Notes under the pieces: generated by a model
Told to the model about the DNA's origin: nothing
What the model saw: the letters and a program-made list of their open reading frames with translations, nothing else
Databases searched by the model: none
Translations under genes and position numbers: made by a program
Assembly: GCF_009914755.1 (NCBI RefSeq)
Contig: NC_060941.1
DNA from: the human T2T-CHM13v2.0 reference genome, Homo sapiens
Strand: one strand, 5' to 3'
DNA: 64,000 bases
Part shown: positions 1-17,659 of the stretch, piece after piece
How the letters are laid out: the number at the start of each line of letters is the position of its first letter
Position numbering within the stretch: position 1 is the first letter of the stretch

Positions 1-110
1 TGGGTCCACCAGAATCTCAGAAATCACCACTAAAGTACTTATTCATGTAATCAAACACCATCTGTTCCCCCAAAACTTATTGAAATAAAAAAATAAAATA
101 ATAAAAGAAA
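1..110 (+). mobile_element. L1 3' end (L1PB/L1MA-like) with A-rich tail
   Basis: atctcagaaatcaccactaaag..ttattcatgtaatcaaacaccatctgttcccccaaaacttattgaaataaaa resembles the L1PB terminus. Confidence 0.7.
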
Positions 111-406
111 AACAATTTTTTCCATACAAAATGTGGCTTCCAGATCCTTAATTAAGTAGGAAAGTCACAGCCTTTTATGTTCCCTTTCTGTTAAATAACA
201 CAGTAAACAAAAACACCAGTTCAATACCTTAATAAAAAAATACATAGGTTTCAACTTAACCTGATTATATTATTCTCCAAAAATTTAACTTGAGAGCCAA
301 GTTACTCCCATGTGGTCAAAAACTATCAGGTTTTCTGAAGTTAGTGAGACATCTAGTGGTAAACACAAAGTGGCTAGAGAACTTTCTGCATTTTAAAAAA
401 TTTCTC

Positions 407-699
407 AGCCAGGCACAGTGGCTCACGCCTGTAATCCCAGCACTTTGGGAGGCCGAAGTGGGTGGATCACGAGGTCACGAGTTCAAGACCATCCTGGCTA
501 ACACGGTGCAACCACATCTCTACTAAAAATACAAAAAATTAGCCGGGTGTGGTGGCACATGCCTGTAGTCCCAGCTACTCAGGAGGCAGAAGCAGAATTG
601 CTTGAACCTGGGAGGCGGAGGTTGCAGTGAGTCGAGATCGCGCCACTGCACTCCAGCCCGGGTGTCAGAGACAGACTTTGTCTCAAGGGAAAAAAAAAA
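407..699 (+). mobile_element. Alu (S-type)
   Basis: Dimeric Alu with A tail. Confidence 0.95.
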
Positions 700-1028
700 T
701 TTTTTTTTGTCTCAATTCTCCCCCATCATTTCTGAGACATGTAAAATAGCTAAAGCTCAAAAACCTCCTTACTACACAAATGCACTTGAAAAGCTGCAAA
801 TAATAATAAAATAACATTTTCAACTCAAAAGTGTGCTACCTTCCAAAGAAAACAGCTTCATTTTCAATTGGGCCAAGAAAAAAAAAAAACATACACAACA
901 TTTAGCCAACCCATCTTGGTTTTAAATGACTTCAATTTGGCCCCCTATAAAACACCTTATTACCTTACACAGAAATCTTTTTTAAAATGTTGCAGAAGAA
1001 CAAATCTAAATGAAAACATTCCTTTTCA

Positions 1029-1437
<409 letters not shown>

Positions 1438-2424
1438 TTATCTGTTGCTTTATGTTTGAAATTTTTCCTGCTAAAATTCTGGGGGAAAGGGGAAGTGACT
1501 TATTTTTAAAAGCCAATAAGCTTGAAAACAGTTCAAAAACATGAGTTAAAAAAACTTTTCTCAACAAGGATAGCGCCCAATAAACAGTATTACCTCACAT
1601 ACAAATTACTCTTCAAAAGACAACACATGGCAGTGTATTTTTTCCTGCGATGAAAAATATATATCTATTTCATCACCCTATAGTCGTACTTTGTATTAAA
1701 ATTTGCTTTTCTCATTCAATACAATTTTAACTGAATCGCAAGCAAAAACTTAACTATATTTTACTATTAATAACTGCACTGATCAATAAACACACATTCA
1801 TTTATATTTAATTGAAGAATTTAGGAATTACTGTCTCTGAAATTAATGTGGGCAACCCTTAACAGGTCAAAAATCTGTATAAGTATACATGTAAATCTAC
1901 CACAGAATGGACCTGCGACCTTGGCCAGTGTGAACCTGGGAGGTAACTTCCATTCCTGGCTAACTCCCCTCTGAAGCCCTAAGGATTACCATTCCTGTTT
2001 CTCTTTCCAGGCCATCAAGAGTCTCCCATTCTAAGTTTTAAAGATAATCACACTGTTTCCCCTAATCTTATCCCTAAAGCAAGTTCACACTCTTAGAATT
2101 TTTATCAATTTTTACTGCCTACACCCATGAAAAAGGGAAAAGATTTCCTTCTTTCTTTCACTTACAATTTAAGGACAAAGATCATATAAGGGTTAACAAT
2201 CAGCTCTCAAAGGTTTATAAAACATTAATATATGATTCCTCTAGATATCCTAGGAAAAATGAGGTAAGAATATCTGGATATTTTATTAGAGAAGCTGTGT
2301 CTTGGGACTCGAGAGGAAGGAAATTTGAAAAGGAAAGCTGGGAGACAAAACTGAAGATTTTATCTTCAAAACCAGAGCAGATGTCTTGGAGAGTGCAGAA
2401 GCAGCTGTAAGAGTGCTCCTCTCA

Positions 2425-2801
<377 letters not shown>

Positions 2802-3196
2802 TTAGATCAACCTTATCAAAGGTTAAAAAAAAAAAAGTACACCTCAGTTAGTAGCAACAGGGATGAGGTAGGAAGTGAGCAGCAGCCTGAGACAGATAAC
2901 AGTGATTGGAGGCAACAGGGAGAGATGGGAAGTTCTGTGGCCATTGGGACCTTCCACTGTGACAAGCTTCTGGCGAGAAGGCACATGGTACATAAATTTA
3001 AACTGCTTATAATTTGCGTCCTATGTTCCAAATTATCCTATTTGCTTTCTCATATAAGCAGAAAGATAACCATAAACATTTATAACTATATAGTTTTATA
3101 AGATGTTATTTTATAAACTTTAATTCAGGTTCTGCTCTACAAAAACTCAAAATAATAAAATTTCAAGTGGAATGAATTAAGTATAATTTTAAATTA

Positions 3197-3571
<375 letters not shown>

Positions 3572-4363
3572 CTACTATCACATGAAATCAAACAGCACAC
3601 ATAGCCCGTGACTTGAATTTAAAAATTTAATGAATCATCTCTATTCTAATTTCAAATGTTTTACATAAAAAATTTTGTTGGCTGAAGTTTTTTTTTTTCA
3701 CTAAAAATTATATCATTTTTAACCAATAACTTAAAGCTACAACAGAATAAAGATTGTAATATACATGCTGGGTACTTCCCAATCCCCTCTCATAAAACTT
3801 AGTACTAAATAAAGCCAGAAAAAAAAATTACAACAGATTGGTAAATATAAGGCATATATGGGAACCAAACATCTGCTTTGGAATCTGAGAGGTAAGAGCA
3901 TCTAGGATCAAATGTGGCAGAGATTTCTTTCCCACACTCTGGAAATTCCAAGCAGGCTCAATGACTTTTCTACCTTCCAATGAATCTTGAATGAGTAAAG
4001 TTTCCCATGAAATTTTCAAAAGGAAGAAAGTGTTCACAAAATAATCTCTTAAACCTTTTCTAGAACTCTAGTAGTATGCACACCTTCAATATACATTACA
4101 CACATCTGCATTTACACACCTGCATACACACTCATTCTCATAAATACGTGGGAGAGGTGAATAAAAGGAAAGGGCTAAGCCTAAAAAGCACAAAACCTTC
4201 TAAAAAAAAAATGTGATGCCAAATGGCTCTGAACCGAAGCATTCATAATAAAATAACACTGACAATACTTCTGAATAGAGAAACCCCTAAACCAGAGAAT
4301 TCTGAAAACGCTGTTCCCAAAGATCTACATACAATACACAAGATTTAAAGTTAATTTACTTAC

Positions 4364-4402
4364 GGAAAAAATCCTTTTTCACCAGGTTTTTTGCACAGAG
4401 TA
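4364..4402 (-). CDS. SMURF2: SMURF2 coding exon 2 (39 nt, phase 1-1; VLCAKNLVKKDFF-R)
   Basis: Minus strand ttttttgttttttttttttacag|TACTCTGTGCAAAAAACCTGGTGAAAAAGGATTTTTTCC|gtaagt; joins exon 1 in frame to give ...LRLTVLCAKNLVKKDFFR, matching the SMURF C2 domain. Too short for the ORF track. Confidence 0.96.
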
Positions 4403-5107
4403 CTGTAAAAAAAAAAAACAAAAAATACATGGGAAAAATTAAAATGTTAAGAGTGTACTGTTACATTTTAAAACACGGAAAACAGCAGTGAATAGTTAAA
4501 CCCTAACTATAGCAAGGTATGAAACATGACCACAAACTTTCGAACTAGCAAATAAAAGACAGTTGAACCAGTGGTTGCAACTTTCAATGATCACCAGTAA
4601 TAGCTGAGGGCAAGAAAGTTTATAAATCTGATATTCTAATAATAAGGTAGAAATTCAATTCCTATCTTCCATCAAGATCTACTCTCTGAGAAACTCAGTG
4701 GCAATAGGAAAAATAGTTCAAAGGAGATATGTAAAGTCAGGTTGTTATATCTATTTTAAGGATGAAATAATTTTATACTGAAGAGGATCACAAATAAAGA
4801 TAAAGCTTTCCTGATATAGATGAGTTTTTTTTCTTTTTTTTTTTTTTTAAATAACATTCTGTTCTCCATCTAAATGCCACAGAAACTTCATGGGAGAAAT
4901 CAAATTACCTTCTCCTAAATCATCAGTTAAATGACAAGATATGTCTACTATATCTTTTAAGAATTTAAAGTTAATATATTAAAACTAGATATCCCAAATC
5001 CACATTTTCCAAGTTAATATGCATTAAATTACTTACACGGATGGATGCTCAACCTTGTGAACACACTAAAAAATATTGAATTGCCCACTTTAAAGAGGAT
5101 AAATTTT

Positions 5108-5808
<701 letters not shown>

Positions 5809-6399
5809 CTGCTTATAGAGTCATAAACTTAAAACTTCTTTAACTCAAACTTGATACAAGAGAAAGAAAAACATCAATTTTCATATATGTAAATTTTAGT
5901 TCATAAAATACCTATGAATGTAATGTTTGGTATTTCTATCCACTTCTACTAACAGTTTAAATGAATTACAGTTATTGGAAGTTTAGTGTATAAAAGCTCA
6001 TTTGACATAAACTTGGGAATGAATCTAAATAAATATAACTAATCACTCTAAGGGTTCACATAAAAAAACCTTTTGAAAACAGATGTCATCACTAAATAAA
6101 TAAAATTATTAAGTAAGCACAAGATACTGGTATACTAGGCAGAGTCCCTTAGGCCATGTCTTAGAGTTTTGTTTTTAAAAACATAAAAACTCAATCAATC
6201 ATGAAAACTAGGGCCATAACTAAGAATAAGAAATCACAAACTAGATTTAGAGAACTCCTCCCCAAACTTTTGTCATAATATAAATTGAACAGAATACTCA
6301 GGATCAATACACATGTAACACACACAAAAATCTAAATTACAATCTTCAGTTTTAATGAGGTAATGATGATTTTTTTAAACAAACCACTATCCTATGATT

Positions 6400-9300
6400 C
6401 ATGAAGTGAAATGATTTCACATCCGACTTCAGAGAAAGAGAAAACATGAGATCTCCTCCAACTCACTGCCACCAAACCTACATATTCATTCTTTTTCCCT
6501 TCCTTCCACTGACAATGTCTACTGTCCTCTCTAAGACTATCCTCTATCTCATATCTAAACCACCATGTTCTCGGGGATCTTCACAGCTGTTATACATATC
6601 CTCTATCTTGTCCCCTTTTCTAATCACCTTGTCAACATTTAAACATACTCAAGTCTTACCCAAGCCTCCCTTCAGCCAGCCATCATCTACCTCTTCCCTC
6701 TCATAATGAAACTTCTTCAAAGAAAATAAATGTGCAAAAATCACAAGCATTCCTATACACCAATAACAGACAAACAGAGCCAATTGCTATAAAGACAATA
6801 AAATACCTAGGAATACAACTTACAAGGGATGTGAAGGACCTCTTCAAAGAGAACTACAAACCACTGCTCAACGAAATAAGAGAGGACACAAATAAATGGA
6901 AAAACATTCCATGTTCATGGATAGGAAGAATCAATATTGTGAAAATGGCCATACTGCCCAAAGTAATTTATAGATTCAATGCTATCCCCATCAAGCTACC
7001 ATTGACTCTCTTCACAGAATTGAAAAAAACTACTTTAAATTTCATATGGAACCAAAAAAGAGCCCACATAGCCAAGACAATCCTAAGCAAAAAGAACAAA
7101 GCTGGAGGCATCACACTACCTGACTTCAAACTATACTACAAGGTTACAGTAACAAAAACAGCACGGTACTGGTACCAAAACAAATATATAGACCAATGTA
7201 ACAGAACAGAGGCCTCAGAAATAACACCACACATCTACAACCATCTGATCTTTGACAAACCTGACAAAAACAAGCAATGGGGGAAAGGATTCCCTATGTA
7301 ATAAATGGTGTTGGGAAAACTGACTAGCCATATGCAGAAAACTGAAACTGGACTCCTTCCTTACACCTTATACAAAAATTAACTCGAGATACATTAAAGA
7401 CTTAAACGTAAGACTTAAAACCATAAAAACCCTAGAAGAAAACCTAGGCAATACCATTCAGGACACAGGCACGCACAAAGACTTCATGACTAAAACACCA
7501 AACGCAATGGCAACAAAAGCCAAAATAGACAAATGGGATCTAACTAAAGAGCTTCTGCACACAAAAGAAACTCATCAGAGTGAACAGGCACCCTACAGAA
7601 TGGGAGAAAAAATTTGCAATCTATCCATCTGACAAAGGGCTAATATTCCAAATCTACAAAGAATTTAAATTTACAAAAAAAAAAACCCCATCAAAAAGTG
7701 GGCAAAGGATTATGAACAGACACTTCTCAAAAGAAGACATTTATGCAGCCAACAAACATATGAAAAAAAGCTCATCATCACTGGTCATTAGAGAAATGCA
7801 AATCAAAACCACAATGAGATACCATCTCACACCAGTTAGAATGGCAATCATTAAAAAGTCAGAAAACAACAGATGCTGGAGAGGATGTGGAGAAATAGGA
7901 ATGCTTTTACACTGTTGGTGGGCATGTAAATTAGTTCAACCATTGTGAAAGACAGTGTGGCAATTCCTCAAGGATCTAGAACCAGAAATACCATTTGACC
8001 CAGCAATTCCATTACTGGGTATATACCCAAAGGATTATAAATCATTCTACTATAAAGACATATGCACATGTATGTTTATTGTGGCACTATCCACAATAGC
8101 AAAGACTTGGAACCAACCCAAATGCCCATCAATGATAGACTGGATAAAGAAAATGTGGCACATATACACCATGGAATACTATGCAGCCATAAAAAAGGAT
8201 GAGTTCATGTCCTTTGCAGGGACATGGATGAGGCCGGAAAGCATCATTCTCAGCAAACTAACACAAGAACAGAAAACCAAACACCACATGTTCTCACTTA
8301 TAAGTGGGAGTTGAACAATGAGAACACATGGACACATGGAGGGGAACATCACACACTGGGGCCTGTTGGCGGGTTGGGGGTTAGGGAGGGATAGCATTAG
8401 GAGAAATACCTAATGTAGATGATGGGTTGATGGGTGCAACAAACCACCATGGTACATGTATACCTATGTAACAAAACTGCACGTTCTGCACATGTACCCC
8501 AGAACTTAAAGTATAATTTTAAAACATTTTTAAAAAGAACTGCCTACACTTTTTGACTCTACTTCTTTACCTCCCACTAATGCCCTGATCCACTGCAATC
8601 TGGCTTCCTCCCTCACCATTGCCTCTGAACTGCTGCTACAAAGCCCTGGAGACCTAATTACCAAGTCCATACAATGGACATTTTTCATTCTTTATGGCAC
8701 TTGACCCCCTCATGGGCATTTGCCACTGCTGACTACTCCCTCTTCTAGAAACCCTCTCTTCCAGTTCTGTTTAACACCACATTCACCTGGTTCTACACGG
8801 CATAAAACTCATTCTAAGTTCTCTTTGCCAGATCTTGCTGTGCTATAAAACTTGAAGTTCTTCAGGGTTTTGCCCTAGGTTCTCTTATTTCACTCTGTAA
8901 CCTGAGGATCACAGTGTCCATTTTTGTAAATCTTGCAATTATACGTAAACTGTTACATATATGTTTATTTTCTGGGGAGAGAATCCACATTTTTCCTGGG
9001 AGAGAGTTCATAGCTTAATAGATTGACAGAACTCTTCCTCTCTCTCAAAAAATAAAATCCGAAGAGCCACTTTTCCATATATTCTCTCTGGTCTTTACCA
9101 TTTACTCTATGGTTATGATGATACCTAAATTCATAAAACCCGATCCTTAGTTTTCTCCTGAACTCCAGGTCCACAAACCAAATATGCGTTCCCCCCAAAA
9201 ATCACGTCTTCCCCGCAAACCTGCTCCTCCCTCCAGTTGACTTTCTTTTCAATAAATAGCCTTCCTTTCCACTCCACTACCCAAGTCAGAAATCTCCATA

Positions 9301-10053
9301 GCAACCTTCACTGTATTCCCTCCTGACATCCTGACAATTACAATTCTCAGCAATTCTACCTCGGAAATATCCTTCATCTGTCTACTTCTCTCTATTACCG
9401 ATGCCAACACCTTAGTCCACCATCTACTGTCTAGGTAATTACAACATTCCCCTGCCTCAAAGCCTCACTTCTTTCCAGTTCTCCACGCTGGACCTGAAGT
9501 GAGCTAAAAATCTAATTAAGTCTTTCCATCCATTTCCCCTTCTAAGATCCTTAAAACATTCCAAAGGTCTTCTGGCCCAAACTTATATTGGCTTCAATGC
9601 CCTTCAAGCCCTGGCTCCTGCTCACCTCTCTGACCTCATTTTTCATCACCACAGCTCCCTTCCAGGCCCTCAAGTCTAAGATCCAGCCACACTAACCTTC
9701 ACTTTCTCAAATGTATCTCTCTCACCCACAGCCTTCACGTGCCATTCTCTCTGCCTGAAACATTCTTCCTAGGCTTCTTCACCTACTCATCTCCTGGTCT
9801 CAAAAGGGAAGGATGCCTTTTAGAACATGTTTCTCTCAAGCTTTCCCCGCTTGTATTTTCACAGAAGCTCATACTTTTATAAACACTTATCACATTTTAC
9901 TGTTCTCGTTTAAGTTTGGAATGTTGCTTATAATTGCGGAGGTGGTAAACTCCATACAGCACGAATCATGCCTGCCTCATCTCTTCCTGCACCAAGCACA
10001 CATTACGCCTGGCACTTGACAGGTACTCAATAAATATCTGTTGAATGAATGAA
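6400..10053 (+). mobile_element. L2 (L2a-like) relic interrupted by the L1PA
   Basis: Pyrimidine-rich L2-like text on both sides of the L1 (ccactgcaatctggcttcc...), ending in the L2 terminus ctcaataaatatctgttgaatgaatgaa. Confidence 0.7.
6723..8520 (+). mobile_element. 5'-truncated L1PA (approx. L1PA7/8) with disrupted ORF2 C-terminus and 3' UTR
   Basis: ORFs 6732-7301, 7580-7948 and 7955-8314 are L1 ORF2 pieces ([22 protein letters not shown], end LISGS) with frameshifts; typical 3' UTR; antisense to SMURF2. Confidence 0.95.
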
Positions 10054-10147
10054 ATAGACCCTAAAATAATCTAAATAACTTTTTATACTATATAACAATG
10101 GCCAATCCTCACATAATCATAATTTTGATTTAAGAAATCTTATTTTA

Positions 10148-10456
10148 GGCCAGGTACTGTGGCTCATGTCTGTAATTCCAGCACTTTGGGAGGCCAAGGC
10201 GGGCAGATCACTTGAGGCCAGGAGTTTGAGACCTGGGCAACATGGCAAAACCCCATCTCTACTAAAAATACAAAAAAAAAAAAAAATTAGCCAGGTGTGG
10301 TGGCACACACATGTAGTCTCAGCTACTCAGGAGGCTGAGGCATGAGAATCACTTGAGCCTGGAAGGCAGAGGTTGCAGTTAGCTGAGATCACACCACTGC
10401 ACTCCAGCCTGAGCAACAGAGTGAGACACTGTCCCCCTCCCTCCACCCCTCAAAAA
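10148..10456 (+). mobile_element. Alu
   Basis: Dimeric Alu; TSD aaatcttatttt. Confidence 0.95.
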
Positions 10457-11370
10457 AATCTTATTTTTATCATTTCTCTTTACTTAAAACATACTTATCC
10501 GGTCGTGTTTAACCAATTCTTAAAAAAAAATCACAGAATGTTTAACATTCAGTTTCAAAGAACAATTGAAAAATCAAAAGAACAAAGAACTTTAAAATCA
10601 AGTTCAAAGCTTATGAGGAGAAATTACATTTTAGTAATCAAGAGATTAAGGAAAATAACATTAGTGTTCTAGAAGAAACAAGATTAACTTAAAACAAAGA
10701 AATAATATCAAGATTGGTCAGACCGCTATGCTTCATGCTGGATCTAAGCAGTTCCAGCCAGCTTTACTAAATTACTTTCTGCCCTGGAAGCAAAAACTCT
10801 GATTTGTAACTTTTAAAAGGAAGATTGTCAAAACATGACCTGAGAACTGGTAATGTTATTTATCTGTAAAAATAAATTGTTTTCACATCCTGGAGCCTTT
10901 ACTGCACTGTTCTTTTTTCTTGGGAATGTACCTTGGGGACTAGAACCACAGCCCATTGCTCTTTTCATTCTCTGTTCTAATCACAGAAGATTGGTAAATG
11001 CTCAAAGAATCCATGAATTTCAATATGACAAACTCCTGATTATGTCACCACAGCAAATTCTCAACTAAGGAGGTATGTATCAGAATCCCCTGGAGAATGT
11101 ATATACAATATTATAATTTTATATTAGGAGAAAATTAATCTATCATCTTTTGTAATAGAAACTATGGAAAGTAGAACTAAGATTAGGAATCATGGGACTA
11201 GGGAGGGGTGGCAGTGTGGGAGAAGTTTCATTTCTGCTTTCTAAATGTTTCTTAAAGAAAATAGGTAAAAATGTTGAGAAATGCTGGGCAGTAAGGGAGT
11301 AACAGGAGAGAAATCTTGTTAGGTGGGCGAGGCCAGAACAAAGGCTATGGGGTACAGACTTTTTCCTAGA

Positions 11371-11433
11371 CCGCAGTCCCCAACCTTTTTGGCACCAGGG
11401 ATTGGCTTCATGGAAGACAAGTTTTCCACGGAC

Positions 11434-11503
<70 letters not shown>

Positions 11504-11933
11504 AGGGGGGGCAGAGGGGAGCAGGCAAGGGGGTTTTGGGAATGATTCAATCTCATTACATTTATTGTGCACTTATTTCTATTATTATTACATTGTAATA
11601 TATAATAGAATAATTATACAACTCACCATAATGTAGAATCAGTGGGAGCCCTGAGCTTGTTTTCCTGCAACTAGACAGTCCCATCTGGGAGTGAAGAAAG
11701 ACAGTGACAGATCATCAGGCATTAGATTCTTATAAGGAGGGGCAACCTAGATCCCTCGCATGCGCAGTTCACAGTAGGGTTAACACTCCTATGAGAATCT
11801 ATTGCCGCTGCTGATCTGAGAGGAGGCTGAGCTCAGGTGGTAATACACGATGGGAAGTGGTTGTAAATACAGATGATGCTTCACTGGCTCATCTCCTGCT
11901 GTGCAGCCCATGGCCCAGGGTTGAGGACCCCTG
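11371..11933 (+). mobile_element. MER1A hAT-Charlie DNA transposon (near full length)
   Basis: TIR-like ends ccgcagtccccaacc ... ggttgaggacccctg, MER1A body text, and cctaga(c) target duplication on both sides. Confidence 0.88.
11437..11502. repeat. (TG)33 microsatellite inside MER1A
   Basis: Uninterrupted TG run counted directly. Confidence 0.97.
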
Positions 11934-12484
11934 GCCTAGACAGCAATCAGTATTTCAATATCTTTAATGTTTAGTAAGCTTATATATATGGAATTGAAAT
12001 TATATATACAGAAAGGCACAAAAATCTGAAGTATCTGAATTAATTCAATTAATTTTCACCAATTTTTGTGTTAAAGCAAAACATTATACTGGACTACAGA
12101 TATTTAGTAGGCACAAGTCAATTTTTATTAGTGCTAACTACAAATGTAGCATTACACCACCACAGTACCATGCTGCAGAATCCACCAGGGACAATGTCTC
12201 AAACAGCCCATATATTTGTACTAGATTAAGTCTGCTTATACTACTTCATCATGTTACTACCCTTCTCAAATTCCTTCAAAGCATTTCATTCTTAAGTCTA
12301 CACTCCCAGAACCTAGCTTGTTCTAGCTATTGTACTCACTCCTTTTTCAGACAGATGGTTTGAAATGATTAGCAGAGATGATCAAAATGAACTGACATCA
12401 GCCATATTGGATAAAGCCTCTGCATTTCACACAGATGCAGGTGTGATCATCTTGAGATACTTAGGGAGAAAGGAATACTCCTAC

Positions 12485-12605
12485 ATCATTCACTCTCTCA
12501 TTCAACATTTCCTGAACACTCACTTTGTGCCAAGTGCTATGACAGTTTCTGCAGATACAAAGAAAAATAAGACATAGTCCTTTGCTCTCAGAGCTCACAG
12601 GTCAG
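12485..12605 (-). mobile_element. L2 3'-end fragment
   Basis: cattcaacatttcctgaacactcactttgtgccaag...aataagacatagtcc is the reverse L2 terminus. Confidence 0.6.
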
Positions 12606-13203
12606 GTATAATTCAAATACCATGTCATAAATGCCTTTTATTGTTGTTTTCTCAAGATACGGTTTTAAACTTTATGGAAATCTTATACTTCATTTGAGGC
12701 AGCGATTAGAGAAAACCATTTGCAGAAGTACAGATGGCAGTAAATACTACCATTTTCATTTAGGTCAATAATTTATTTTTCTGGTAGGAAAGGAGTTATC
12801 TATATGCAACAAACCAGGTAATAGTATCAGAGTAAATCGCAGCTGTAGAAAGAGAATGCTATGCTTGTTCTTACTGAGTTGTTTTCATAATGAATGGCTA
12901 TCTACGCTTAATGTGAATAAAGCTCCCAACTACTTAGTATATCCTTGCCAAAAATTCCCCTTCCTCCTCCAGATTGGAGTTGCATTCCAATTACACTGCT
13001 GATTGGAATGAGACTGCTTGAGAGAAAAAAAAAATACTCAGACATCCCATCTTCCTTCACCCCACAAAAAGATTTTATAATACTGTCCCTGCAACTCAAA
13101 AGTAGCATAAATGCTTTTGAACACAGATTTCTCTGCATGTGCTTTAAACTTATGTTATCATTGTAAAATAAAACCGAAATTCAGGATAACATTCCTATAC
13201 AAA

Positions 13204-13220
13204 TTCCAGCAGGTGGCCCA
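13204..13220 (+). promoter_or_regulatory. Candidate CTCF site
   Basis: ttCCAGCAGGTGGCcca matches the CTCF core CCASYAGRKGGC; lies in repeat-free DNA. Confidence 0.55.
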
Positions 13221-13586
13221 GTGCTTCAGAAGTATCAACTGATGTACACCATTCCTGACCAGTGGCACATGACAGCAATTTACATCTTTCTGCTCTGAGA
13301 AACAGCCTCTATCTCAACCCCTAAACATGAAATGAAAATGAAATTTAAATGCTACAGAAAACTTCTACACAATTTTTTATGTGTTTTAGTTATTGTTGCT
13401 TGAAACAAGAGTATTACACAGATTCACATTCAAGGTGTTATTACAAAATGTTAAAATAAGCAAATATATCACATATAATTCTATATGCATAAAAATGATC
13501 AGTTAAGTAAATGATAGCAAACAGCAAGTTGAAATATTACACAGCCATTAAAGATTATGTAAATGTATTTATTTATTGATGGATAA

Positions 13587-16045
<2,459 letters not shown>

Positions 16046-16602
16046 GTAAAAGCTCAGCTAAAGCCAAGCAGCACATTCAGTATGAGATAAATGTAAAACA
16101 CTTGGTCTAGGTATCTGGTACATAGCAGGCACTCTACGAAAGCTATTATTTTGAGAAACCATCTGAAAGGATTTGTTATATATCTTAAACCAGTATTTCT
16201 GTGAATTCTTTATTCCTATATGAGGATGAAAATACACAAAAGTACCGTTCTCCATTCAAAAATTCACCATGACTTAAAGACCTATGCTGTGTGCAGACCA
16301 AACATTATCCTGTCTGCTGCTGCTGGAGACTCAACCACCACCTTCTCTACTGGACTCCTTCATTCAAACAGACCCACTCATAACTGATGGCTGTTCAAGA
16401 GATGAATATTGTATATTTAAATTAAACCACACAATTTACTTTCTTCATAAGGATGCCGAGAGAAGGAAACCTTATTGTAAAGTTCAAGTATATACTTGCA
16501 ATGAAGCCTAAACATTATTTTATATGTAGAAAAAGACTTGCATCACTTTTTGGCCACTCCCAAGTTTCCTTCCTTTACCTTCTTTTTCTAGAGACACTTA
16601 TA

Positions 16603-16890
16603 GAGGCAGTGTAATATAGTGTGTTAAGCTATAAGCACTATAAAAGAGTTAAATAATTAGGGTCAGAATGCATGGGTTTGAACCTGGTGCTATCCCTTAT
16701 GAACTTGTGACCCTAAAAACTACTTAACTTCTCTTTGCTTCAGATAGCTCATCTGTAAACATGAGGACAGAAGGATACTAAGAGCCACCTCATGGTGTTG
16801 TTTTAAAGATTAAACAAATTGAAACACAGAGAACATGAGACCAGTACCTGGTACACAGCAAGTGCTCAATAAACACTGGCTATTATTATT
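16603..16890 (+). mobile_element. MIR SINE
   Basis: gggtttgaacctgg...cttaacttctctttgcttcag..ctcatctgtaaa...cctggtacacagcaagtgctcaataaa. Confidence 0.8.
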
Positions 16891-16954
16891 ACTCAACTCT
16901 AAAATTTCTCATAAAATTAACCTACGAGGTTGCAAACACATTAAAAAAGAACAT

Positions 16955-17270
<316 letters not shown>

Positions 17271-17289
17271 TATAATTTGGCAAGACGTT

Positions 17290-17630
17290 TGCCTTAGCCA
17301 AAACAAATACCATAGATTAGGTGGCTTAAACAGCAAACATTTGTTTTTCACAAATCAATGGAGGCTGAGAAGTCCAAGATCAAGGTGCCAGCAGAGTCAA
17401 TGTCTGGTGAGGGCCGTCTTCCTGGTTTGCATACTCCCACCTTCTCCCTGTATGCTTGCATGGCCCCCATAATCTCTCCCATGTCTCCTGTTATAGGGGC
17501 ACTAATCCTATTCATGAAGGCTCCACCCTCATGACCTCATTACCTCCCAAATGCATCACCTTCAAATACCATCACATTGGGGATTAGGCTTCAACATAGG
17601 AATATTGGGGGACACATTCCATTCATAGCA
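17290..17630 (-). mobile_element. MLT1A-like MaLR LTR
   Basis: ggtggcttaaacagcaaacatt..aagtccaagatcaaggtgccagca..ctccaccctcatgacct..accatcacattgggga. Confidence 0.8.
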
Positions 17631-17659
17631 AAGCTTATGTACCTAGCAAGCTTTCAGTA

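Noticed and set aside
6732-8314. Three reverse-transcriptase/zinc-knuckle-like ORFs
   Set aside because: Frameshifted pieces of a 5'-truncated L1 ORF2; no promoter, ORF1 or endonuclease, so not functional or novel.
11143-11636. HTHTHT / CVCVCV ORFs, and ERERER / LSLSLS ORFs at 28791-29192
   Set aside because: Translations of (TG)n and (GA)n microsatellites.
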